Source: an uncultured virus (IMG/VR IMGVR_UViG_3300024500_000017)
Lineage: Duplodnaviria > Heunggongvirae > Uroviricota > Caudoviricetes
DNA length: 64,000 nucleotides
Direction: 5' to 3' (one strand)
IMG/VR virus record: IMGVR_UViG_3300024500_000017
Under the pieces are notes generated by a model. The model saw only the letters and a list, made by a program, of their open reading frames with translations. It had not been told where the DNA came from and searched no databases. The position numbers were made by a program, and so were the translations under genes. Positions 40,901 to 48,703 of this stretch are shown one piece after another; the first letter of the stretch is position 1, and each line of letters starts with the position of its first letter.

Positions 40901-41394
40901 CTGGAATTATATTTGATTTATTTGTACCAACAGAGTCCTACTTACGAAACACAAATATTAATGTTGGAGTAGCTACTACAGGAATAAGTGGAATTAAAAC
41001 AGACTATTACTTTACTATTTTTAATTCTAACATTGGTTATGGAATAACATCTCTAGATTCATCCTCTTCAATAGTTGGAGTTGGGACATCTTGTTTGGAC
41101 AATGTTTACAAAGTTGCATCAGTTTCCATAGCACAGACAAGTGTTCCTGGAATTGGAGTAACAAATGTGTCAAGAGTGATTGTAAGTGTCTTAGGTTATA
41201 ATGGATTATCTGGAATGGGATATAGTGCTTTCTATGGCGAATATAGTTGGGGTAAAATAAATACCACTGTTAGAAAGAGACCAAAATCTTTTACTTCATA
41301 CACAAATAATGGAATATCAGGTTTGTCAACATCTGCGGTTATCCAAAGAATTAATCCTTTGAGATATGTTGGTTATTCAACTACTTTACAATAA
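28912..41394 (+). CDS. g7: baseplate wedge initiator gp7-like giant protein (4160 aa) with a YHYH-like domain
   Basis: Located between gp6 and gp8; QLPDFV..EYP, FYKSKGT, DNNYYQYFSY, HTSGFKKF; HSPIIGWAYDGNPIYGPYG. Confidence 0.85.
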   Translation: MKDTRVKISSIVQNQLPDFVQEEYPLVSEFLKEYYNSVESQGGTLDILQNIDQYLKIDKLYDSLFNRVVTIKPQSPENYFVISTGYSPEDLIVYKNGLKLQKDIDYFATDGLSVSFVLPAVPGDILEFSSESKSTTFLKSDVDFTDLTVTVESTYGFPEKNGIIQIDSEIILYSDKTSTTFNNCTRGFSGITSYHSSNNPDQLVFSTSSISTHTTNTKVLNLSSLFLKEFLFKIKKQLLPGFENRTFADGLNEKNFLLQAKDFYKSKGTDDSYKLIFKALFGEDVSVVKPRDFLLKPSDSKYRVSKQIVVESILGNPIDLENRTLYQDENDFHGKAYGSVSKVEKIVRQNKTYYVLSIDSDYNKDINVQGSIYGNFYIHPSTKNVSEIKQNQYFIDVDSTLGFPSYGELIFNVNGVDYKTKYSYKNINQFFITPLSDIIVPEGTDIKLNQYAYAYASDNSIIQVRITGVLSDLSYSILNSSMTKGDPIKTITLGYEAKGVLPNTWKFNVVNSYDVKEIKGPTASNITQNTFSYNITTYDDHNFSLGDSADLLSSGGIKLLYNVVGIDNEKSISIEGPKVENLNLRYTIQRKLKKPRFSNFKFINDSTANIQNVYIKDENNIYVAANSIPDYLNEDIQIKNTDIIFSGSFNQETLDLSSGNPNNLHGLYTGDAIIYIKNDESVVNSLDILGKVYYVKRIDNTKIKLSNSKSDLFKNKFVTVSGTVTDNIFRKLKFENASLSPQNYVKNITQSSTSGRNEETPVGPIGVFVNGVEAYNYKSDDKVYYGGIQSINVITGGENFDVINPPIAVVEDSLGIGASLITHVNGSLERIDVLDGGFDYVEEPVITITGGNGYGAYAKPNLTPFKHNVSFISDSSSGLVNLANNTIGFSSYHKFRDYENIVYLTYGSTAVGGLSTNAQYYASVQDAYNIKLHKTFNDAVSGINTIDLTSHGSGIHAFESVLTKRKISSINVIDSGFGYTNKQTFCSSSGINTSSNTIKIFDHGYESGEIVVYNSSETPVGGLSDNNSYYITKLNKDEFRLSLVGIATTNKDFYYRTNQYINFVSSGSSTHSFNYPEINVQITGKIGVSTLTGQNFNAKLQPIFRGSITNLFVKNPGVGYGSSEIINYERQPRITLGIGSGAQFSPIINNGRITEILVLNQGNSYTAPPNINILGIGTGAVLTPVINNGKIVEVKVVNGGSGFTTSSTYVNVVPSGQNFKCETKIKSWTINKVQQYLESKKVLDDDGIIDVSSYTINGSQYCHLYAPRKLRRSVFGIDYVNGKKTYVADLKLSNSREVTSYVHSPIIGWAYDGNPIYGPYGYDNPSGSGNIREMVSGYVYQPSSDRPNPISSGNRIYSEGFFVEDYQFNGSGDLDRHNGRFCITPEYPNGVYAYFATINNGPTETDGVFKNYKKPVFPYLIGNTFKSDSIQFNYDRSISQNTFDFVSEQLLRNTTPYKFTSNTSNYDFVFNPIKVKEPVSIVKSSTSGRISNIGIVTGGSGYKVGDLVRFNNFNSGGSDAYAHVSYVKGKSIKNISFASTSSQSVEFYPYDSTGKFIGFCTLPHSLFNKDIISISGLSTSSKDFDSLFEVGIRSDTLILSKSVGSSSATGIVTYFEVNGSLNFPNIRENDIYKIDDEKVRILSIDKLSSRIKVIREYDSTVGASHTATSVLYEQTRKFVVNSINGQNQNYNLNKTIYFDPKESLSIGSSSGASIGSTIYFSNPGAGITNIFVPTKTMYLPNHSLDTGTELIYSSNGGSPFYVSDDGSVNFQLADNQVLYATKISNDLVGISTYRVGLGSTGSFVGIDSSISASLLYFINIGSGVNHSFKTNYDNVLSGEIVKNTITVSTASSHGLSNGEVIYMNSLPGITTTITVKYNDKHRRLVINPVSFISSKVNITNNTINIPNHGYYTGQKIIYSSNTPIGGLLDNQIYYIVRFDKDRIKLSSSYYNSTKTIPEIIDFTSASFGTISLVNPELNVIPNQVVRFDLSDSSLSYIKDQNSYPAFDFKLYFDPSFSEEFKKTTDSSQFEIVKSGKIGSNAIVTLTTNNLNFDLYYSLVPIDLLSNSSIKKEIITDDEVRNNNKLSLTNSGYSGYHTILGVGQTTFKFNILTYPESLSYTESDGFFEYYTNSKNVTGCIEDLELRSGGRNYSSVPGITSVISNTGRGAIFNISSTDIGSIKKIEIDDIGFEYSADTTLRPSAKLPQILTINPSSTFKSVGVSSVGINYTLSPKLVVIDSYTNKVVTDIDLEYDILNKKVNILKNTDGIYDATPKILPVNNSNGIPVNNITFNSTTKDVTVELAVNFSYGQEFPLSIGDKILVESANIISSGSTSFRGYNSKNYNYELFTLTSVNPQYGGSGATVVYNLSNYLGVNENPGTFDEENSAAIIVPSKYFPIFDPVLEKGKFIKGEKVTSDSSYGNVLNWNQYSEQLKITSKDYFNTGVFIRGETSNTKGIITKIEDLIAIYSVDGSSVVNQGWEDEVGFLNNQFQVTPDNNYYQYFSYAIKSKVDYETWNKSIGNLNHTSGFKKFGDLVAESVDSGFTGISTVQDQGNFIGIADLVSEVDLNCINDYDLVKERVITIDSNYFSKEIAFSSISLQDELQSIGNRVLLVDDFSDQFSNIPKTDTYSNIESFVLSTIRAKKYVTYVRDKKFSGLRQICLVSLVQDELESYMLQYGKVSSNYDLGSFDFSILGSQGILRFYPINYTINDYDISVMSYSISDSVSSVGNTSLGNIATLESSRAVIPPSTTTTIVGIGSSYRSSKVLVELTASDGTYFEFSELTLIHDGTNVNITEYGRLSNANRLAYSGLDSIGTYSAYISGSVINLDFTPNVGVGTTYFANTLGISIGSTSSAVTSGNLTFNTGELKSTYTSILSSASPTETKISTYDTNHSGAYYFIVAEDTTNNRYKASEVVLVDDGGETYLLEYGTIETVSGSGIGTIGAGIGSTGTNLYFTADPNISVDVRVYQHAMRVVDTSNSFEFYNFNNANILSRFSSYEGTFNSVKKSFDLKHKETPIFQRRIDSSDTSIVNIENNTIRLPKHFFVTGEELVYNSGGGEKIGIATTTIAGIGTTDKVPSTVYAIKVNDLSIRLSASAENALKPIPEPLILTSVGIGTTHTFTSTKQNSKCLISIDNFIQSPIVSTSTTTTLSNLSQLNEETISLSGISSIFGGDLLKIDDEIVKVNSVGFGSTNVLLVSRGWMGTNPDDHSNGSLVTKIMGNYNIVDNTIHFIDAPYGNSPIGTITNRPDARDFTGITTRSTFSGRVFLRSGIENSNEDTYKTNYVFDSLDEQFSGVSTQFTLKSSGSNVSGLSTSGSSAVILINNVFQEPQRLGSINIFGDYKLEENSGITTIGFTGNISSTAYDINTSSIPRGGIIISVGSTQGFGYQPLVSAGGTSIVSSAGTISSISIGNTGSGYRSSLKYEIITKVSTTVGSGQTIIPIDNIDGVFGKLLFSSANTIGIGSVLVNVPIVSVGSTYITIGAASTTSQIISKDATALISLNSPMVGLVDVGVKTSSTGLLNYQFVGFATILSGHISNNVIITNPGSGYTTSNPPTVVFESPLNYSDIPLVYSGGYSGVGTQATIDIIVGQGSSVVNFEIKNLGYAYKVSELLTVPVGGLVGIPTDPTKPFRNFEITIDQVFSDQFSGWSIGDFQVIDKVENLFNGRRRNFPIKIDGIQTAIRSLSGSSIDVQSTLLVFINDILQVPGSGYIFNGGSIITFTEAPKEGDSCKIIFYKGTSQVDVVFADILESVKVGDNLRINGDSISLKENERLVTDIVSSDSVETNPYSDVGLSLDENLVRPVVWCKQTEDKIVNGKEVGKDRILYESLIQPTTNIIQNVSVGSTEIFVQNAKIFFDDLRENATVPYKTKILITSQDSLVGASATAVVSIAGTISAISLTNGGLGFTTSPSVTISSPTGIGSTCLVTSSISSGIVTSFTITNPGSGYTQSKPPYVLISYPSPKTEKIEDVTYEGDFGIIVGVQTTSVGIASTGIIFDLFVPTESYLRNTNINVGVATTGISGIKTDYYFTIFNSNIGYGITSLDSSSSIVGVGTSCLDNVYKVASVSIAQTSVPGIGVTNVSRVIVSVLGYNGLSGMGYSAFYGEYSWGKINTTVRKRPKSFTSYTNNGISGLSTSAVIQRINPLRYVGYSTTLQ

Positions 41395-41423
41395 TATTCA
41401 TAAATAAATAAAAAAACGGCAAA

Positions 41424-42980
41424 ATGTCTGCAATTATAACTGATCAAATTAGAATATTAAACGCAAAAAACTTTGTTGCGGCAGCAACTTCTTCTGCAAA
41501 CGGTTATTATACTTTTGTAGGTTTACCGAATGCAACAAATTATGATTCTAATTGGGACTCTGTTCCACCATCGCCAAAAGATAATTTTGATCAGGAAAAT
41601 GATTATTGGGACACTATAATTGCATTAAAAAAGATTTTGCCGGGTGATGTCAGACAGGTAATAAGAAAAATTACTTGGAGTTCTGGAACTGTCTATGATA
41701 TGTATAGACATGATATTAGTAGAACAAATTTATCAGTACCTTCAAATGCAACTAGTTTATATGCATCAAATTTTTATGTAGTTAATAGTGATTATAGAGT
41801 TTATATATGTCTTTATAATGGTGTTGACCCAGAAAATCCAAAAGGAAAACCTTCTTTAGACGAACCAACTTTTACTGATTTAGAGCCAAGATCTGCTGGC
41901 GATAGTGAAGATGGTTACATCTGGAAATACTTATATACTATTAAACCGAATGAATTAGTGAAGTTTGAATCTACTAATTTTATTCCAGTTCCCTCTGATT
42001 GGGAGACAAACAGCGATTATTCTGCAGTTAGAAATAACGCGGAAGTGAGCGGTCAAATTAAAATTGTAACAGTTACTAATAGAGGAACTGGAATTGGTAC
42101 TGCAGGAAGAACATACACTAGGGTTCCTATAAATGGAGATGGAACTGGAGCAGAATGTACCATAGTGATTAATAGCGACTCTAGAGTACAATCCGCTATT
42201 ATTACAAATGGCGGTTCTGGATACTCATATGGAACTGTAAATTTATCTGCCGGAGGAGTTCCCGCTGGATCAACACCTCCAGTTTTTGATGTCATTATTC
42301 CTCCCCAAAATGGCCATGGATACGACATTTATAGAGAATTGGGTGCGTATAGAGTTTTAGTATATTCTAGAATAGAAAATGATTTAGAAAATCCAGATTT
42401 TATTGTTGGTAATCAAATTGCAAGGGTTGGAATAGTAGAAAATCCGTTAGCGTTTGGATCAAATCAAATTTTAAATAAAGACAAATCTAGTGCTTTATCT
42501 GCATTAAAACTTGTTGGAATCGCTTATAGTACTGCGAATTTTATTTACGATAGCGTTATCACTCAAACAATAGGAATAGGATCTACAGCTGTAGGTAGAG
42601 TTGTTTCTTATGATAAAAATACTGGTGTTTTAAAATATTGGCAGGATAGAACTTTAGTTGGATTTAATAGTGATGGTACAAAAAACCCAAATTCAATTTA
42701 TGGATTTAAAATGCATAGGTTTACATCATCTCCAAGCACAGGTGGATCTTTGACCATTAATTCCTCAGGTATAAGTGGATTAGGAATTGATACTTCATTT
42801 ACTGGTGTATCTACTACAATAAATAATAGAAAGTATTATGTCGGTCAAACATTTATTAATGGTGTTTCTGATCCAGAAGTAAAAAAATATTCTGGAAACA
42901 TTATATATGTTGATAACAGACCTTCTATAACTAGGTCATCAAATCAAAAAGAAGATATCAAAGTCATTTTGCAATTCTAA
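41424..42980 (+). CDS. g8: baseplate wedge subunit gp8
   Basis: MSAIITDQIRI, YDMYRHD, RVYICL, DGYIWKYLY, YVDNRPSITR..QKEDIK; late promoter at 41399. Confidence 0.92.
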   Translation: MSAIITDQIRILNAKNFVAAATSSANGYYTFVGLPNATNYDSNWDSVPPSPKDNFDQENDYWDTIIALKKILPGDVRQVIRKITWSSGTVYDMYRHDISRTNLSVPSNATSLYASNFYVVNSDYRVYICLYNGVDPENPKGKPSLDEPTFTDLEPRSAGDSEDGYIWKYLYTIKPNELVKFESTNFIPVPSDWETNSDYSAVRNNAEVSGQIKIVTVTNRGTGIGTAGRTYTRVPINGDGTGAECTIVINSDSRVQSAIITNGGSGYSYGTVNLSAGGVPAGSTPPVFDVIIPPQNGHGYDIYRELGAYRVLVYSRIENDLENPDFIVGNQIARVGIVENPLAFGSNQILNKDKSSALSALKLVGIAYSTANFIYDSVITQTIGIGSTAVGRVVSYDKNTGVLKYWQDRTLVGFNSDGTKNPNSIYGFKMHRFTSSPSTGGSLTINSSGISGLGIDTSFTGVSTTINNRKYYVGQTFINGVSDPEVKKYSGNIIYVDNRPSITRSSNQKEDIKVILQF

Positions 42981-42986
42981 AGAATC

Positions 42987-45900
42987 ATGCCACAGCAAAC
43001 CAACCTTAATGTTTCTCCATATTTTGATGACTTTGACCCAGAAAGTCAATATTATAAAGTTTTATTTAAACCCGGTTATCCAGTTCAAGCTAGAGAATTA
43101 ACCACTCTTCAATCATTATTACAAAATCAAATTGAAAAATTTGGAAATCATTTTTTCAAAGAAGGATCTATTGTAATTCCCGGAAATATTAATTATATTG
43201 ACAACTATTATGCAGTAGAAATTCAAGAAAGTTATCTTGGTATTAATGTAATAGAATATCTTCCTTATTTGATAGGGAAGACAATTCGTGGCGTAAATAG
43301 TGGAGTTAGAGCTGTAGTTGTTGGTGTTTTAGATTTTTCTAATTCGGAAAGAAATAATAACACTTTATATGTTAATTTTTTAAATTCAGATCTACTATCA
43401 AATAGTTATCAAGGATTTGGTTCGAATGAAGTTTTGCTGGTGGAAGATGGGATATCAGAGCAAAGCACTATTTTTGGAGATAAAAATGTAATAATTCAAC
43501 AAAATGAAGGATTTGCCGCTACAATTTTATCAAATCCAAACTCAATAGGATCAGCAGTAAATATTTCCGAAGGTGTTTACTACCTTAGAGGTCATTTTGT
43601 TACTGTAGATGATCAAACTATTTTATTAGATCAATATTCAAATTATCCAAGCTATAGAGTTGGACTAGAAATATTTGAGAGTATTATAACTCCCGATGAT
43701 GATATTGATTTAAATGATAATGCCCAAGGATTTTCAAATTACGCTGCACCTGGAGCAGATCGATTATCAATTCAAGCAATACTTTCAAAAATTCCTTTAA
43801 ATGTAGAAAATCCAGAAGCTACTCCAAACTTTGTTCAACTTTTAGAAGTTAGAAATGGTATAATACAAAAACAAATTAATAATCCAGATTATAATATTCT
43901 TGAAAAAGAATTTGCAAGAAGAACTTATGATGAATCTGGAAATTATTATGTAAAATCCCCATCTCTCTCCGTTAAAGAAACTTTAGATGATTTAAAGGGA
44001 AATGGTGGCGTATTTAAAGATAATCAAGTAACATATAATAATAACAAAGCTTCTGATGATTTAGGTACTTATATAATTTCTCCACTTAAAGCATTTGTGA
44101 GTGGATATGAGATAGATGTTGTAGGAACAACATATTTGGATTTTGAAAAACCAAGAACAACAAAACTATTACAAAATCAAAGCGTAAATTATGTAACAGG
44201 TCCAACATATACTTTAAATAGAGTCTATGGATCACCATCTCTAGGAATATCAACATCTTATACTGTAAGTTTAAGAGATTCTAGAGTAGGGACAAATCAA
44301 ACCAACTCTTCGGGAAAAGAAATAGGTCTTGCAAGAGTTTATGATTTTGCATTAGAATCTGGATCATATAATACTTCTCAACCAGATTCTAATGAATGGG
44401 ATATTTCTTTGTATGATATACAAACTTATACAGAAATTTCATTAAATGAACCTATTAGTTTAACTACACCCACTTATATTAAGGGTAAGTCTAGTGGTGC
44501 TGTTGGATTTTTAAGATATGACGCATCTAATTCGGGAATTATCACCGCATATAATACAAAAGGTACTTTTGTAATTGGTGAAAGATTAATTTTTGATGGT
44601 ATAGAAAATACTAGAGTTTCTACAGCAATCACGGCATATTCAACAAATGATGTTAAATCCCTTTATGGTATTGTTGGAAGCGGATCTACATTCACATCTG
44701 ATATAAAATTATCTACAATCTCAGATGTTGGTCAAGTTAAAATTACTGCTACTGGTGGTGGAATAAGCACGGTAACATCATCTAATTATATTTTTACTGG
44801 AATTGCTACAGTAGGAAACATTGTAGCTTTTTCAAATCCAGGACTTTCTGTAAATACTTTTGCAAAAATTAATTCAGTATCTCAAAGTTCTATTACAATA
44901 TCTGGCGTTACTACTGTCAGTGGAGTCTGTGATGGTGGTTTACCGACTTCAGATATAAATCCAAGTGATTTTAGAATATTATATTCTAATTTCCAATCTT
45001 CTTTAGATAATAATTTATATACAACATTACCAAATAGAAATGTTGCTTCCGTAGATTTAACCGAATCTTCATTGACGGTGAGAAATCAATATAATGTGAC
45101 AATTACATCAAATTCAACAAACACAGTATCTGCAGAATCAGATGAAACTTTCTTACCATTTGATGAAGAAAGATATGTTTTAATTACAGATTCTGGATTA
45201 ACTGAAAGTTTAAGCTCAGATAAACTTGTCTTTGGTAATGGTGGAAGAGAATTGACAATAAATGGGCTCCAAACAAGTTCTGGCACCGGAAGACTAATAG
45301 GTACTTTAAGAAAAATTGATATTAAATCGAAAGTTAAAAATAAAAATAGAATTAAAACAATTATTGTAGACAAGTCAAAATATCAATATTCTGGAGTTGG
45401 AGCAACTACAAACAATGATGGTTTAACATATGGAACTTATCCATATGGAACAAGAGTTCAGGATGAGGATATTTGTTTATTAGAACCTGATGTAACTAAA
45501 TTATACGGAATATACGAATCTAATGATACTTCAGAACCAGAACTACCAAATTTAACATTAACAACTATCGAGGGCCCAACTAATAAGACAGATGATTTAT
45601 TAATTGGAGAAGAATTTGTTGGATCTATAAGTGGTGCTGTTGGTGTTTATGCAGAAAAATTAAATTCAATAAAAATATCATATATCTCTAGAAATTCTAA
45701 TAGATTCAGAATTGACGAAACAATCACTTTCAAAGAATCCGGAATAACAGCAGTTATAACTTCTTCTGATGCAGGTGATAATAATGTCACCACAAATTAT
45801 ATTTTTGATAATGGTCAAAGAAACACGATATATGATTATTCTAGAATAACTAGAAAATCTGCAGCAAAAGAACCAATTAGAAAATTAAAAATTGTATTTG

Positions 45901-48641
45901 AGTCTGCAAGTTTTTTGTCTTCTGATGATGGCAATATAACAACTGCAAATTCTTATAACCAATTTGATTATTGTGACATACCTTCCGTCAATGGTATTAG
46001 GAATAGTGATATTTTAGATATTAGACCAAGAGTTTCTGAATTTACAGTTACAACATCTTCATTATCTCCATTTGAATTTAGATCTAGAAGTTTTACTTCT
46101 AGTGGAAATTCTGCATCTAATGTTTTGGCTTCCGATGAATCTATTTTATTAAATTATTCTTATTATTTACCAAGAGTAGATAAAATTTATTTAACTAAAG
46201 ATGGAATATTCCAGTTAAATAAAGGGGAACCTGCAGATAATCCACAACCACCAATTGGAATTGAAGATGCTTTAGATATAGCAACTATTACATTACCAGC
46301 ATATTTGTGCGACATAAACGATGCAAGTCTAAATCTTGCCGAACACAAGAGATATAGAATGAAAGATATCTATTCTCTTGAGAATAGAATTAAAAATTTA
46401 GAGTATTATACTTCACTTTCTTTATTAGAAACAGATACTTCAAATCTTTTTATTAGAGATGTCAATGGTTTAAATCGTTTTAAATCTGGATTTTTTGTTG
46501 ATGACTTTTCTACAACATCTTCACAGAAAAAAGTAACAATAGTAAAGAACAGTATTGATGTTGCTAACTCGGAACTAAGACCTTCACCATATAATACATT
46601 AGTTGATTTAGTTTTAGGGTCAAATTCTCTTATTGGATTAGGTGTAACTTCAAATTCTCAAGTAGATTCTAGGTATGTTACAGACTTAATAGGAACTAAC
46701 ATCAAAAAAACAAATGATATAATTACCTTAGATTATTTGGAAGTGGAAGAAATAAATCAACCATATGCAACTAGAGTAGAAAGTGTTGCTCCATACAGAG
46801 TTGGTTATTATGGCGGAACAATCAATCTTGCCCCATCTTCAGATGTTTGGGTTGATGTCGTAAGACTTGTTGCAAATTCAACAGAAGTGGCAACAAATTA
46901 TATTCAGTCAGAATCTCAAATTACTGCTTCAGAATTAGATAAACAAACTGGATTTGGACCAGTAACTTGGGGATCTTGGGAAACTGTCTGGACAGGTTCA
47001 ACTACAGCAAAAGATTCAAGAACAGTTAATGTTGGATATTACATCATTAAAGAAGATTTAGAGACAATAACTAAAACTGGCACAAGTACAAGAAGTGGTA
47101 TTAGAAAAATTACTAAAGAAGATACTAAGTATGTTTCTTTAGGTGATACTGTTCTAAGTTCTGATATAAGTCCTTTCATGAGGTCTAGGAATATTGAATT
47201 TGTTGCCAAGAGATTAAAACCACTAACAAGAGTTTACACATTCTTTAGTGGTCTTGATGTTAATAAATTTATAGTTCCAAAACTATTAGAAATTAGCATG
47301 GTTTCAGGAACATTCCAAGTGGGTGAAACTGTACAGGGTGTTGTTAGTGATGGAGCTGAGATTTTAGGAGTTCAATCTTCTACACCAAAGATTACTTTTA
47401 GAGTGGCAAATTCAAATCATAAATATGGACCTTACAATTCACCAACAGAAATCTTTACAAAAGATCCATATAACTCAGTACAAGACATTCCAACAAATTA
47501 TTCATCAACTTCAACGATTTTAAATATTGATACCTTTAGTCTTTCACAACAAGCTCTTGGCGATTTCTTTGGATTTATTCAAACTGGAATGAGACTTAGA
47601 GGAAATACAAGTGGCGCAGAAGCAGTAATAACGAATATTAGATTAATTACTGATGTCAATGGTGTAATAATAGGATCTTTCTTTATCCCAAATCCAAATG
47701 TTTTCGGAAATCCAAGTTTCCAAACAGGCACAAAACTTTTCAGAATAACAAGTAGCTCAACTAATTCTTTAATTGATTCTACAATTACAAGTGCGGAAGA
47801 AAGATTTTATTCTGAAGGTAAAATTAATAGGGTACAAGAAAATATATTATCTGTCAGAACTGCTAGAACTGAAACTCAAACCATAATAGAAAGTAGATCT
47901 GAGGTTTCTACTGGACCGGTTGCAGTGGTCGCAACAACTATTGTTGGAAATACTTTACCAGAACCACAACCACAACCACAACCAGAACCTCAACCACAAC
48001 CACAACCAACACCAACACCGGTGTTCCCATCGCCAATTGATAATCAACCCACTCCATCGTGGACACCTGATCCAGGACCAACGACACAACCACCACCACT
48101 CGATGATATTCCAGGACCAACGACAGATCCAGGTCCAGTGAAACCTGTTGAACCAAAATCAACTGCTGGTATCAAATTCTTAAATGTAAATGCAGGTGGA
48201 TTAGTATATGGTCAGCGTGGTATTGGTGGGGATAAATTTGTAGCAGGTCTTTTTGGTAAGAAACTTCAAGGTAGCAATCAACCATATTATTCGGTTCCTC
48301 TAACAACAATTAAATATAATGGTAAAGAAGTTACTTATGGAGAACTCAAGAAGAAAATTGGTGCCAATAAAGCAGAACAAGCGTTTAATGCACAAGGTGC
48401 AAAAGTTACTCCAACCGATAAAAATTATGCAGCATTATCTACTCAACTAAAAGAAAGTAATCAAGCAAAAGGCATGATTCCTACAACACAAAATAGTCCA
48501 TCATTAGGACAACCAGCTAAGCAAATACAAAAAGATTTTGTAAGAGATGTAAGAGTAACAGGTCCAAACGGTCTTACCACTGTAATACCAAACGCAATCA
48601 CAGTTTCACCAGTAAATAATAAGAAAAAAGGTAAAAAATAA
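42987..48641 (+). CDS. VrlC/DUF4815-like virion structural protein, N-terminal part
   Basis: NLNVSPYFDDF, VLFKPGYPVQARELT, APGADR, RIKNLEYYTSLSLLE, RFKSGFFVDDF; P/Q-rich linker near the C-terminus. Confidence 0.8.
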   Translation: MPQQTNLNVSPYFDDFDPESQYYKVLFKPGYPVQARELTTLQSLLQNQIEKFGNHFFKEGSIVIPGNINYIDNYYAVEIQESYLGINVIEYLPYLIGKTIRGVNSGVRAVVVGVLDFSNSERNNNTLYVNFLNSDLLSNSYQGFGSNEVLLVEDGISEQSTIFGDKNVIIQQNEGFAATILSNPNSIGSAVNISEGVYYLRGHFVTVDDQTILLDQYSNYPSYRVGLEIFESIITPDDDIDLNDNAQGFSNYAAPGADRLSIQAILSKIPLNVENPEATPNFVQLLEVRNGIIQKQINNPDYNILEKEFARRTYDESGNYYVKSPSLSVKETLDDLKGNGGVFKDNQVTYNNNKASDDLGTYIISPLKAFVSGYEIDVVGTTYLDFEKPRTTKLLQNQSVNYVTGPTYTLNRVYGSPSLGISTSYTVSLRDSRVGTNQTNSSGKEIGLARVYDFALESGSYNTSQPDSNEWDISLYDIQTYTEISLNEPISLTTPTYIKGKSSGAVGFLRYDASNSGIITAYNTKGTFVIGERLIFDGIENTRVSTAITAYSTNDVKSLYGIVGSGSTFTSDIKLSTISDVGQVKITATGGGISTVTSSNYIFTGIATVGNIVAFSNPGLSVNTFAKINSVSQSSITISGVTTVSGVCDGGLPTSDINPSDFRILYSNFQSSLDNNLYTTLPNRNVASVDLTESSLTVRNQYNVTITSNSTNTVSAESDETFLPFDEERYVLITDSGLTESLSSDKLVFGNGGRELTINGLQTSSGTGRLIGTLRKIDIKSKVKNKNRIKTIIVDKSKYQYSGVGATTNNDGLTYGTYPYGTRVQDEDICLLEPDVTKLYGIYESNDTSEPELPNLTLTTIEGPTNKTDDLLIGEEFVGSISGAVGVYAEKLNSIKISYISRNSNRFRIDETITFKESGITAVITSSDAGDNNVTTNYIFDNGQRNTIYDYSRITRKSAAKEPIRKLKIVFESASFLSSDDGNITTANSYNQFDYCDIPSVNGIRNSDILDIRPRVSEFTVTTSSLSPFEFRSRSFTSSGNSASNVLASDESILLNYSYYLPRVDKIYLTKDGIFQLNKGEPADNPQPPIGIEDALDIATITLPAYLCDINDASLNLAEHKRYRMKDIYSLENRIKNLEYYTSLSLLETDTSNLFIRDVNGLNRFKSGFFVDDFSTTSSQKKVTIVKNSIDVANSELRPSPYNTLVDLVLGSNSLIGLGVTSNSQVDSRYVTDLIGTNIKKTNDIITLDYLEVEEINQPYATRVESVAPYRVGYYGGTINLAPSSDVWVDVVRLVANSTEVATNYIQSESQITASELDKQTGFGPVTWGSWETVWTGSTTAKDSRTVNVGYYIIKEDLETITKTGTSTRSGIRKITKEDTKYVSLGDTVLSSDISPFMRSRNIEFVAKRLKPLTRVYTFFSGLDVNKFIVPKLLEISMVSGTFQVGETVQGVVSDGAEILGVQSSTPKITFRVANSNHKYGPYNSPTEIFTKDPYNSVQDIPTNYSSTSTILNIDTFSLSQQALGDFFGFIQTGMRLRGNTSGAEAVITNIRLITDVNGVIIGSFFIPNPNVFGNPSFQTGTKLFRITSSSTNSLIDSTITSAEERFYSEGKINRVQENILSVRTARTETQTIIESRSEVSTGPVAVVATTIVGNTLPEPQPQPQPEPQPQPQPTPTPVFPSPIDNQPTPSWTPDPGPTTQPPPLDDIPGPTTDPGPVKPVEPKSTAGIKFLNVNAGGLVYGQRGIGGDKFVAGLFGKKLQGSNQPYYSVPLTTIKYNGKEVTYGELKKKIGANKAEQAFNAQGAKVTPTDKNYAALSTQLKESNQAKGMIPTTQNSPSLGQPAKQIQKDFVRDVRVTGPNGLTTVIPNAITVSPVNNKKKGKK

Positions 48642-48703
48642 CTAAGTAAAATGAGAAATAAATATATCATAGTGGAGTTATCGTCCAACAATTAACAATT
48701 AAA

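Noticed and set aside
47958..48020. CCACAA microsatellite as a regulatory or phase-variation repeat
   Set aside because: In-frame coding for a Pro/Gln linker; the 6-nt unit keeps the frame
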